Source: an uncultured Lachnospiraceae bacterium
GTDB taxonomy: Bacteria; Bacillota; Clostridia; Lachnospirales; Lachnospiraceae
Direction of reading: 5' to 3'
Assembly (NCBI GenBank): GCA_964584155.1
Contig: CAZOYS010000001.1
Location: 23,953 to 87,952 of the forward strand
DNA length: 64,000 bases
The translations under genes and the position numbers were made by a program. Shown here in pieces: positions 6,798 to 15,617 of this stretch; the first letter of the stretch is position 1; each line of letters begins with the position of its first letter. The notes under the pieces are model-generated. The model saw only the letters and a list, made by a program, of their open reading frames with translations. It was not told the DNA's origin and searched no databases.

Positions 6798-9023
6798 ATG
6801 GACATCATCAAACAGATTGCTACAGAAACAGAACTTTCCGAAAAGCGGATTTCCGCTGCCGTGCAGCTCATGGACGAAGGAAATACCGTTCCCTTCATCG
6901 CCCGCTACCGGAAGGAAGCGACCGGGGCCTTAAACGATGAGGAACTCCGAAAGATTGCTTCCCGCCTGGAAGCTCTGCGCAACCTTGAGGAAAAGAAGGA
7001 GACGGTCCGTTCAGCCATCGAGGCCCAGGGAAAACTCACGTCGGAGCTAGTGAAAGAAATTGATGCCTGCCTGACCCAGGTGGCTCTGGAGGACATCTAC
7101 CGGCCGTATAAGCAAAAGAAGCGGACCCGGGCAATGATTGCCAGAGAGAAGGGTCTGCAGGGTCTGGCTGATTTCATCCGGGCAGAAAATATCAAAGTTC
7201 CGCTGGAACAGGAAGCGGAAAAATATCTTTCCGAAGAAGTGACAGCGATTGCTGACGCACTTGCAGGAGCCTCCGATATTATTGCAGAAGAAATATCAGA
7301 TGACGCAAATATCCGTGAACAGGTACGGAGACTGACCTGGGTGGACGGGACCTTGGTCACAGCGGAGAAGAAGGTAAAGGCGGCTTCAAAAGCGGAAAAC
7401 AAAGAAGAAAAGGCAGCAGCCGTGAAGGCGGCAAAGCTCGAGGAGCGGCGCAGTGTCTACGAGCAGTATTTCGATGCGGAAGAGGTCCTGAAGAAGATTC
7501 CCGGCCACCGGGTCCTGGCCATCAACCGCGGCGAAAAAGAGGGCTTCCTCTCCGTGAAGGTATCTGTCGATTCCGACAAGGCCTGCGATCGCATCGCGCG
7601 CTATATTATTCATAAAAAAGAGAATGCCTATACTTCCGCCTTTCTGGAGAATGCAATCAAAGACGCCTATGACCGCCTGATTGCCCCGGCCATCGAGCGG
7701 GAGATTCGAAATGACCTGACAGAAAAAGCTGAGGACGGGGCCATTGCCGTCTTTGCAGAAAATACGAGGCAGCTCCTCATGCAGCAGCCCCTGGCCGGAC
7801 GAACCGTTCTCGGCTGGGACCCGGCCTTTCGGACAGGCTGTAAGCTGGCCGTCGTTGACCCGACAGGAAAAGTTCTCGATACGACAGTTATCTACCCGAC
7901 AGCACCCCAGAACAAGGTGGAAGAGGCGGAAGCCGTACTTGACCGCCTTGTCAACAGGTATGACATTTCTGTCTTTTCCGTCGGAAATGGGACGGCCTCC
8001 CGGGAATCGGAACAGGTGATTGCCGACTTCTTTGAGAAAGAGAAGAAGTCCCCGAAACGGGCCGGAAAAGAGCCGCTGAAATATGTCATCGTGAGTGAAG
8101 CCGGCGCCTCCGTCTACAGTGCATCTCCCCTCGCCACAGAGGAGTTTCCTAATTTTGATGTAGGGCAGCGGTCTGCGGCTTCCATCGCCCGGCGTCTGCA
8201 GGATCCGTTGGCAGAGCTCGTGAAGATTGATCCCAAGGCCATGGGTGTCGGTCAGTACCAGCATGACATGAACCAGAAGAAGCTGGGTGAGAGCCTGACC
8301 GGAGTTGTCGAATCCTGTGTCAATGCGGTCGGGGTGGACCTGAACACGGCCTCATTTTCCCTGCTTTCCTATGTAGCCGGCATCACTCCTCAGGTGGCGA
8401 AAAATATAGTATCCTACAGGGAAGAAAACGGCCGTTTCAGGAACCGCCGGCAGCTCTTAAAAGTTCCCAAGCTCGGGCCCAAGGCTTTTGAGCAGTGCGC
8501 AGGTTTCCTGCGTATTACAGGAGGAGACGAACCCCTTGACGCAACAGGCGTTCATCCTGAATCCTACGCGGCTGTTAAGTCACTCTTACAGGAGTTAGGC
8601 TATTCGAAGTCAGATGAAGTCTCCGCTTTCCGGGATGCGAAAAGAAAAGTGAAGAATGTGAAGGAAGAGGCGGAAAAACTGGGTCTTGGAGTGCCGACCC
8701 TGACGGATATCCTGAACGAACTTGAAAAGCCCGGGCGGGATCCCAGAGAGGATGCTCCGGCGCCTATCTTAAAGGCCGGCGTCCTTTCCATGGAGGACCT
8801 GACACCCGGCATGCACCTCAAAGGTACTGTCCGCAACGTCGTCGATTTCGGTGCTTTTGTGGACATCGGTGTTCATGAGGACGGCCTCGTCCACATCTCA
8901 AAGCTTGCGACCCGCTACGTGAAAAATCCCATGGAGGTCGTGAAGGTCGGGGATATTGTGGATGTGACCGTGCTTTCCGTGGATCCGGTCAAGAAGCGGA
9001 TTTCACTTTCCATGGTGGACTGA
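6798..9023 (+). CDS. tex: Tex-like RNA-binding transcription accessory protein
   Basis: VPFIARYRKE N-terminal motif, a YqgF-like core, an HhH region, and a C-terminal S1 domain (GTVRNVVDFGAFVDIG). Confidence 0.95.
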   Translation: MDIIKQIATETELSEKRISAAVQLMDEGNTVPFIARYRKEATGALNDEELRKIASRLEALRNLEEKKETVRSAIEAQGKLTSELVKEIDACLTQVALEDIYRPYKQKKRTRAMIAREKGLQGLADFIRAENIKVPLEQEAEKYLSEEVTAIADALAGASDIIAEEISDDANIREQVRRLTWVDGTLVTAEKKVKAASKAENKEEKAAAVKAAKLEERRSVYEQYFDAEEVLKKIPGHRVLAINRGEKEGFLSVKVSVDSDKACDRIARYIIHKKENAYTSAFLENAIKDAYDRLIAPAIEREIRNDLTEKAEDGAIAVFAENTRQLLMQQPLAGRTVLGWDPAFRTGCKLAVVDPTGKVLDTTVIYPTAPQNKVEEAEAVLDRLVNRYDISVFSVGNGTASRESEQVIADFFEKEKKSPKRAGKEPLKYVIVSEAGASVYSASPLATEEFPNFDVGQRSAASIARRLQDPLAELVKIDPKAMGVGQYQHDMNQKKLGESLTGVVESCVNAVGVDLNTASFSLLSYVAGITPQVAKNIVSYREENGRFRNRRQLLKVPKLGPKAFEQCAGFLRITGGDEPLDATGVHPESYAAVKSLLQELGYSKSDEVSAFRDAKRKVKNVKEEAEKLGLGVPTLTDILNELEKPGRDPREDAPAPILKAGVLSMEDLTPGMHLKGTVRNVVDFGAFVDIGVHEDGLVHISKLATRYVKNPMEVVKVGDIVDVTVLSVDPVKKRISLSMVD

Positions 9024-9111
9024 ATGCAGAAAGTATCTGTCTGCTTTCCCCGGTGAGATTCCATTATAATTTTTTCGCGTTTACCTTCAGTTTACCCTGC
9101 CTTTGTACTAT

Positions 9112-9177
9112 CCGGTCATGATCGAAAGCGGTCATGGCCGGATTTCCTTATACACCTCTTATTGCTTCCGGCCTTTT
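9112..9177 (+). promoter_or_regulatory. Candidate attenuator: two mutually exclusive hairpins, the second followed by TTTT
   Basis: Hairpin 1 pairs 9112-9123 with 9130-9141 (two mismatches). Hairpin 2 pairs GGCCGGA (9136-9142) with TCCGGCC (9167-9173) and is followed by TTTT. The two share GGCCGG. Confidence 0.3.
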
Positions 9178-9221
9178 AGTGCACATGATTTGCCCATGGA
9201 ACAGGGCGAAAGGAGATTATC

Positions 9222-10304
9222 ATGATGAAGGGAAATGCATACGCAGGAGAAAACACGATTTATCTGGTGACCGGAGCCGCTGGCTTCCTGGGTTCAAACG
9301 TCTGCCGGGAGCTGATTGCAAACGGACAGAAGGTTCGCGCCTTTGTTCTTCCGAATGACAAGTCACGAAAGTTTATTCCGGACGGAGTAGAAATTGTCCT
9401 TGGAGACCTGACCGATATGGATTCTCTGGAGAAATTCTTTACGATTCCGGAAGGAATGGAGTCTGTCTGCCTTCATATTGCAAGCATTGTTACTATCAGC
9501 CCCGATTACAGCCAGCTCGTCATGGACGTAAACGTGGGAGGTACAAAAAATATCCTTCGCATGGTAAAGGACCATCCCGAGTGCAGAAAACTTGTCTATT
9601 GCTCTTCGACGGGAGCCATTCCCGAGCAGCCCAAGGGAGTCGCCATCCGTGAGGTCAATCACTTCGATGAGAAAAAGGTTGTCGGCTGTTACTCTCAGTC
9701 CAAGGCACTGGCCACCCAGGCTGTTCTCGATGCAGTAAAGAATGAAGGCATTGATGCGACGGTCGTTCACCCGAGCGGTATTCTCGGACCCTACGATTAT
9801 GCAGTCGGAACCGTCACGGGTACCCTGATTCAGATCATAAACGGAGAAATGCAGGGCGGAATTGCCGGCTCCTTCAATCTCTGCGACGTCCGGGATCTGG
9901 CCCACGGCCTCATCATGGCGGCCACTCAGGGCAGGAAGGGCGAGTGCTATATTCTTGGCAACGAGGTCGTTACGTTTAAGGACTTCTCCAACATGATTGC
10001 TGACGAAGCCGGCGTGAAGCGGGTGAAGATGTTCCTTCCCGTGAAGCTCGCCTATTTCCTGGCGAAGCACGCGGAGAGAAAGGCAAAGAAGACTGGTAAG
10101 AAGCCGGTTCTCACTTCCTTTGCCGTATACAATCTGGCCCGGAACAATACATTCGATTCCAGCAAGGCCGAGGAAGAACTTGACTACCATACGAGAAGCT
10201 ACCGGGAGACCATCCATGACATGGTTTGCTGGATGAAGGAAGACGGCCTGATCGGGGTAGGAGACAGCGCAGAGACTTCCGATACTGTGTCAGCCCATGC
10301 CTGA
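9222..10304 (+). CDS. NAD-dependent epimerase/dehydratase (extended SDR, dihydroflavonol-reductase-like) family protein
   Basis: The Rossmann motif VTGAAGFLGS lies near the N-terminus and YSQSK is the catalytic YxxxK motif. Confidence 0.85.
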   Translation: MMKGNAYAGENTIYLVTGAAGFLGSNVCRELIANGQKVRAFVLPNDKSRKFIPDGVEIVLGDLTDMDSLEKFFTIPEGMESVCLHIASIVTISPDYSQLVMDVNVGGTKNILRMVKDHPECRKLVYCSSTGAIPEQPKGVAIREVNHFDEKKVVGCYSQSKALATQAVLDAVKNEGIDATVVHPSGILGPYDYAVGTVTGTLIQIINGEMQGGIAGSFNLCDVRDLAHGLIMAATQGRKGECYILGNEVVTFKDFSNMIADEAGVKRVKMFLPVKLAYFLAKHAERKAKKTGKKPVLTSFAVYNLARNNTFDSSKAEEELDYHTRSYRETIHDMVCWMKEDGLIGVGDSAETSDTVSAHA

Positions 10305-10337
10305 CATTCATGAGAATAATATAGTGCCCTTATTTCG

Positions 10338-10368
10338 GACAGCCGGCCATTTGGGCGGCTGTCTTTTG
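10338..10368 (+). terminator. Intrinsic terminator after the SDR gene
   Basis: GACAGCCG / CGGCTGTC forms an 8-bp stem followed by TTTT. Confidence 0.65.
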
Positions 10369-10479
10369 CATGGCAATGAATTTCTATATTTTAGACAAAA
10401 ATGCTACCTGCGCCATTGAAAATCATATACCATAAGCATAGTGAAATACCCGAAAACAGACAATGGAAGGCAGGAAATA

Positions 10480-11358
10480 ATGCGTACCGGTGTACAGCAG
10501 ATCATACTGGGAAAAACCATAAAAAATGAAAGCGATGCCGAAAAAATTTTAGCGCGAATCAAGGCAAACGGATATGATGGACTGGAACTCAATCAGTTCA
10601 TGATTCATCCTTCGTCTTTTCTTGTGAAGATGATGACAAAGGCAGCCGGTATGCCGGTGGGTTCGGCCGGTAAGCTCGACTGGCACAGGCTCATGAAGGA
10701 GAGTGGCCTTTCCGTACTGACCCTGCACACGGACCTCGGCTCTGTCGAGCGGGACCCGAAAGCCGTTGCCGACGAGGCGAAGTCCTTCGGGACAGACACG
10801 GTCGTGATCACCGGCATGTACCGCTACGACTATTCGACCTATGACAGTGTGAAGAACCTGGCTGCCCGCCTGGACACAGCGGGGGCTGCCCTGCAGAAAG
10901 AGGGTGTAAAGCTCCTCTACCACAATCACAATATAGAATTGACCAGGCTTTCCGGCCTGCCTGAAAGTGAGGCAACTCAAGAGATCCGGGCCTATGACCT
11001 CCTAATCAATCAGACGTCCGCGGAACACGTGAATTTCGAGTTCGATTCCTACTGGTTTACAGACGGGGGAGCGGATGCCGCCTTCTGGATGAAAAGGCTC
11101 GGTTCCCGCATGAAGCTCTGGCATATTACTGACAGGGGAAGCCGGCAGGCCGGCCTTTCCATGACACCGATACTGAAAGAGGATACGGTGGAACTCGGGA
11201 CCGGGAACATGAATCTGATCGGCCTTAAGGATATTGCTGTTGAAAACAGGGTTTCCGGCGTCATTCTTGAGACCCACCGGAATTTCCTGGACGGCGACCC
11301 GTTGAAAAGTATCGAACTAAGTGCAAAATGGCTGCAGGAAAATGTAAAGGAGAATTGA
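10480..11358 (+). CDS. Sugar phosphate isomerase/epimerase (xylose isomerase-like TIM barrel) family protein
   Basis: Family-typical composition (GYDGLEL, LLYHNHNIEL, FDSYW). I prefer the ATG at 10480, which has a GGAAGGCAGGA SD, over the GTG at 10441. Confidence 0.75.
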   Translation: MRTGVQQIILGKTIKNESDAEKILARIKANGYDGLELNQFMIHPSSFLVKMMTKAAGMPVGSAGKLDWHRLMKESGLSVLTLHTDLGSVERDPKAVADEAKSFGTDTVVITGMYRYDYSTYDSVKNLAARLDTAGAALQKEGVKLLYHNHNIELTRLSGLPESEATQEIRAYDLLINQTSAEHVNFEFDSYWFTDGGADAAFWMKRLGSRMKLWHITDRGSRQAGLSMTPILKEDTVELGTGNMNLIGLKDIAVENRVSGVILETHRNFLDGDPLKSIELSAKWLQENVKEN

Positions 11359-11362
11359 AGCG

Positions 11363-12652
11363 ATGAAAGACTTTCTGACAGGAGCAGCCACGGCTGCCCA
11401 CCAGGTGGAGGGCAATAACACCCATTCCGACTACTGGCTCATGGAGCATATGGAGAACACGGACTTTGCGGAGCCTTCAGGGGAGGCCTGTGATCACTAT
11501 CACAGATATCGGGAGGATATGGAACTTCTGAAAAAGGCCGGCCTCAATGCCTACCGTTTCTCCATTGAGTGGGCCCGAATAGAGCCAGAGGAGGGGCAGT
11601 TCGACGAGAAGGAAATAGAGCATTACAGGGACATGCTGTCATGCTGTCTTGAGAATAATATAGAGCCCGTCGTGACCCTTTTACATTTCACTTCCCCGGC
11701 CTGGCTCATGGGAAAGGGAGGCTGGGAGGACGATTCCGTTGTCACTTATTTCGAGCGCTATGTGAAAAAGGTCATGACGGAGCTCGGCAGCCTCATGCAC
11801 TATGTCGTCACGATCAATGAAGCGAATATGGGCATCCAGATTGCCGAAATCATGGAGCGCTACAAGAAGCAGATGATGGCGGCTGCGGCGGCACAGAAAG
11901 ATAAGCCGAATGCGGAAGGCATAGCCCAGGTCGGCATGAACTTCAACACCATGATGGCGAAGATGGCTGCCAAGAAGGCAGAGAACTTGAAAGTCTTTGG
12001 AGTTGAGGAGCCTCAGACATTTGTTTCCGCCCGGACTCCCCACGGAGATGATCTTGTCATGCAGGCCCACATGGCCGCCCGCAAGGTGATTCATGAACTC
12101 TGCCCGAATGTGAAAGTCGGCCTTTCTCTTTCCCTTCACGATGTCCAGTGGCTTTCCGGAGGGGCAGAGAATGCAGATAAAGCCTGGGAGCAGGATTTTT
12201 CCCATTATTTATATGCCATAAAAGATGATGACTTCATCGGAGTGCAGAACTATACCCGGTCAGTATTCGGGCCGGACGGGATCCTGCCTGTTGCTGAGGG
12301 GGCGGACAAGACCCAGATGGACTATGAATTCTATCCTCTCGCTCTCGAGCATGTCATCCGCCGGGTATATAAGGAAGCCGGTCTTCCTGTCATTGTGACG
12401 GAAAACGGCATAGCCACAACTGACGACCGCCGCCGGCAGACATTCATAAAATGCGCCTATGACGGAGTTAGAGCCTGTGTAGCCGATGCCATTCCGGTAA
12501 AGGGCTATTTCTACTGGTCCCTGCTGGATAATTTCGAATGGCAGAAGGGCTTTTCCATGACGTTCGGTCTCACGGCGGTGGACCGGAAAACTCAAAAGAG
12601 GACTCCGAAGGAAAGTCTGTATCTTCTGGGCCGTCTGGCGCAGGAAGATTGA
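11363..12652 (+). CDS. GH1 beta-glucosidase family protein
   Basis: AAHQVEG, YRFSIEWARIEP, TINEAN (acid/base) and VTENG (nucleophile) motifs. Confidence 0.92.
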   Translation: MKDFLTGAATAAHQVEGNNTHSDYWLMEHMENTDFAEPSGEACDHYHRYREDMELLKKAGLNAYRFSIEWARIEPEEGQFDEKEIEHYRDMLSCCLENNIEPVVTLLHFTSPAWLMGKGGWEDDSVVTYFERYVKKVMTELGSLMHYVVTINEANMGIQIAEIMERYKKQMMAAAAAQKDKPNAEGIAQVGMNFNTMMAKMAAKKAENLKVFGVEEPQTFVSARTPHGDDLVMQAHMAARKVIHELCPNVKVGLSLSLHDVQWLSGGAENADKAWEQDFSHYLYAIKDDDFIGVQNYTRSVFGPDGILPVAEGADKTQMDYEFYPLALEHVIRRVYKEAGLPVIVTENGIATTDDRRRQTFIKCAYDGVRACVADAIPVKGYFYWSLLDNFEWQKGFSMTFGLTAVDRKTQKRTPKESLYLLGRLAQED

Positions 12653-12671
12653 ACCGGTCCTGCCGGGAAAG

Positions 12672-13898
12672 TCAGTCGGATGAAATTTCCTTTTTCTTTC
12701 GGAAATCCGTAGGCGTCATGCCGAACTGTTTTTTGAAGACTTTTATGAAATAATTGTTGTCCGGGTAACCCACCCGAAGGGCAATATCCTGAACGGAAAG
12801 CGATGTGGAAGACAGGAGTTCTCCTGCCTTTTCACATCGCTTTTGCGCTATATAGGAAGATATGGTCCGCCCGGTATCTTCTTTGAAGGCGGCTGAGATA
12901 TGGGACCTTGAATAGCCGGTCATATCAGTAAGGTCTTCCATCCGGATTTCATCGGATATATGCAGATAGATATATTCGAGAACGGCTTTTGTTTCTGCCG
13001 AACAACCCTCCGTTTCCTCCCGGGTTTTCCGGACGGCCTCGCAAAGGTCCCTTAAGAGCCTGTCCATGGTGCGGAGCTGCTCGGCAATGGAACCCGCCTT
13101 CATGGACTGCTGGGCCTGAAACTGGGTCAGTTCGTCTATGGTCACGACGGAAAGACCGCCTTCTTCCGCCGCCTTCCGCCAGAGGGCCCTGAGAATGGAC
13201 ATGGAAACTCTGGGATCCTGGTAGATGGCCAGTATGGGCTGTGCACTGTCGGCATTATAATCTTTTGCAATCTGCCGGAAGGAGGACAGGGCTTTTTCCG
13301 TTTCTCCGTGGCGGATATAGGAAAGCATGCGGTTTTCCACTTCGTACTTTTTCCGGATGAGGGCAATCTGCCGGTCATCTTTTTCTTCTTCCAGAATGTC
13401 ACCGGTGGAATGAATATCTTCATAGAAACCGTTCAGCTTTCGAATAGAAAATACGGGAGTATCTTCTGAAAGGGCCATCAGGATACACTGCAGGCTTTTT
13501 GTAACCAGACTGCTGTCAAGGACAGGAAATGAACTGCAGTAGATATAGAGAAGGCGGCGCTGGGAGAGGGAGAGGGGGATGCCTTCCGTGTCTTTCTCAA
13601 TGGATGCAGCGGTCAGAGGCTCGAGGGCAAATGGGCCTATGACATAAGTGCTTTTTTTGAAACGGAAGAAAACTATGGCCAGATGCAGCTTGTCGGAAAG
13701 GACATAAAAAACATTGTCCTTCGCTGCGGTAAGAAGGGTGGAAAGACCGTTTTCCGTGAAGAAGGGCTGCAGCTGCGGACGGAAACAGTATTTCTTTTCA
13801 AAGGCGTCCCCGTCTTTCTTCTTGTCCCGGATTTCCTGTGCCGGGCAGGAAAAGAGCCGGCCTGCAAGTCTGACCAGAAGAGTATTTTCTTCTTTCAT
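12672..13898 (-). CDS. AraC-family transcriptional regulator
   Basis: C-terminal HTH_18-type sequence (VQDIALRVGYPDNNYFIKVFKKQFGMTPTDFRK). The start at 13898 has GGAGG 8 nt upstream. Confidence 0.88.
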   Translation of the reverse strand: MKEENTLLVRLAGRLFSCPAQEIRDKKKDGDAFEKKYCFRPQLQPFFTENGLSTLLTAAKDNVFYVLSDKLHLAIVFFRFKKSTYVIGPFALEPLTAASIEKDTEGIPLSLSQRRLLYIYCSSFPVLDSSLVTKSLQCILMALSEDTPVFSIRKLNGFYEDIHSTGDILEEEKDDRQIALIRKKYEVENRMLSYIRHGETEKALSSFRQIAKDYNADSAQPILAIYQDPRVSMSILRALWRKAAEEGGLSVVTIDELTQFQAQQSMKAGSIAEQLRTMDRLLRDLCEAVRKTREETEGCSAETKAVLEYIYLHISDEIRMEDLTDMTGYSRSHISAAFKEDTGRTISSYIAQKRCEKAGELLSSTSLSVQDIALRVGYPDNNYFIKVFKKQFGMTPTDFRKKKEISSD

Positions 13899-14018
13899 CT
13901 TTCTGCCTCCGTACAAAATTACTATTATTTCCACAATCATTCTGCCCCACCGGAGAGTATTTGTCTATAGTAAGTTCATAAAGAAGCCCGGAAGGCGGGC
14001 TCACGGAGGTTATGAAAT

Positions 14019-15485
14019 ATGGGAAATACAGTTTCAGGCAGTACTTCGATTTACAGGAAGGCAAAACTCTGGCAGATCATTCTCGTGGCCATGAACGCCT
14101 TAAATGCCATGGCGGTCTATCAGCTCGTCGGTATGGCTTCCTATTCGGCCAGCATAGGCTACGGGGTATCGACAGCGATAATCGGAGTGATTCTCACATT
14201 TACCCGGTTTTTCGACGGTATCACGGACCCGCTTCTGGCCTTCGTCTATGACAGGGTCAATACAAGGTTCGGCAAGGTCCGGGTCATTCTCGTGACCGGT
14301 TTCGTCATTGAGGCCATCGCACTTCTGGCCATGTTTGACTGGTGCTCGAGCCGTGGCTTTAACTGGATTCTTTTTACGATCCTCTACATGGTCTATGTCA
14401 TAGGCTATACGATGGAGAATATGACCGTGCAGACGATACCGGCTCTGATTACGAATGACCCGAAACAGCGGCCGACCGTTGGCGTCTGGTTTACGGCGTT
14501 CAACTATCTCGTTCCCATGGCCCTTTCAATTGTGTTTAATAACGTCCTGCTTCCAATCTTCGGCGGAGAGTACAATCAGGCTTTTCTGTCCGCAGCCGTA
14601 AAAGTGGTTATAGCGGTCTCTGCCGTCGGTATTCTTGCCGTCTGCGTCGGTGTTTCAGCCTATGATAAACCTGAATATTTCGAGGGAATCGGGAAGCACG
14701 AACACCTGAAGTATAAGGACATGTGGGACGTGCTTGCCCACAATAAGCCGCTCCAGTCCTATATCGCCGCTCAGGCATCCGACAAGATTGCCCAGATTAC
14801 GACGAGTCAGTCCATCATCGTCACCATGCTATACGGGATCGTCATCGGAAACATGGGCTATGGAACGATTCTGAGCGTTGTTTCCATGCTGCCTTCCATC
14901 ATCTTTGCCGTATTCGGGGCCCGCTATGCCGGAAAGCACGGCAGCAAGAAGGGTATCGTGACCTGGACCCGGGTATGCATAGTATTTGCAGCGCTTACAA
15001 TTATTTTCTTCCTTCTCATTCCGGATTCCACGGCGATTGCCAAGACCGGCAGCATAGCGATGATTCTCTACTTCCTTCTGACCCTGGCCCTGAATGGATC
15101 AAAGATGTGTGTGACAACCTGTGCTTCCTCTTTCATGGCTGATGTCATAGATTATGAACTTGACCGTTCGGGCCGCTATGTTCCTGCAGTTGTTTCCGGT
15201 ACATACAGCCTGATTGACAAGCTGATTTCTTCCTTCGGTGCCTTGATTGCAACGGGATGCGTCGCTCTGATCGGCTACCATTCAACAGTACCCCAGCCCA
15301 CGGATGAATTGACGACAGGGGTCTTTGCCATGACAATCGCCCTGGAATATGCCTTCCCTATTGCAGGATGGATCATTACCCTGATTGCCATGCACGGCTG
15401 CAAACTGGATAAGGCTGAAATGGAAAGGGTTCAGGAGCGAATCCGGGAAAAGAAGGCAGCCGCAAAAGCTGCGGAATCTGTCTGA
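14019..15485 (+). CDS. Glycoside-pentoside-hexuronide (GPH):cation symporter family MFS transporter
   Basis: 12-TM hydrophobic profile and the FFDGITDPLLAFVYDR motif typical of the MelB/GPH family. GGAGG SD is present. Confidence 0.88.
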   Translation: MGNTVSGSTSIYRKAKLWQIILVAMNALNAMAVYQLVGMASYSASIGYGVSTAIIGVILTFTRFFDGITDPLLAFVYDRVNTRFGKVRVILVTGFVIEAIALLAMFDWCSSRGFNWILFTILYMVYVIGYTMENMTVQTIPALITNDPKQRPTVGVWFTAFNYLVPMALSIVFNNVLLPIFGGEYNQAFLSAAVKVVIAVSAVGILAVCVGVSAYDKPEYFEGIGKHEHLKYKDMWDVLAHNKPLQSYIAAQASDKIAQITTSQSIIVTMLYGIVIGNMGYGTILSVVSMLPSIIFAVFGARYAGKHGSKKGIVTWTRVCIVFAALTIIFFLLIPDSTAIAKTGSIAMILYFLLTLALNGSKMCVTTCASSFMADVIDYELDRSGRYVPAVVSGTYSLIDKLISSFGALIATGCVALIGYHSTVPQPTDELTTGVFAMTIALEYAFPIAGWIITLIAMHGCKLDKAEMERVQERIREKKAAAKAAESV

Positions 15486-15617
15486 ACGACCCGGGGTTTT
15501 TCATTCAGGGCAAGAAAATATAAGAAAAGACTAATATTTGAATTCGCAGTACAATATTTTTGACTAGAATCAGATACAGTCAAATGGCAGAAAATCCTTT
15601 TTCGAAAGGGGAGAATA

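Noticed and set aside
9134-9358. 74-aa ORF in the SDR leader. Other small intergenic or overlapping ORFs include 6439-6702, 12538-12753, 14012-14251 and 63461-63688.
   Set aside because: They have no SD and an Arg/Pro/Ser-rich composition. They overlap better-supported genes or structured leaders.
15486-15617. Candidate catabolite-responsive element (TGAATTCGCAGTACA) between the GPH transporter and GH2 genes
   Set aside because: It has the wrong length and several mismatches to the cre consensus (WTGNAANCGNWNNCW) at conserved positions.
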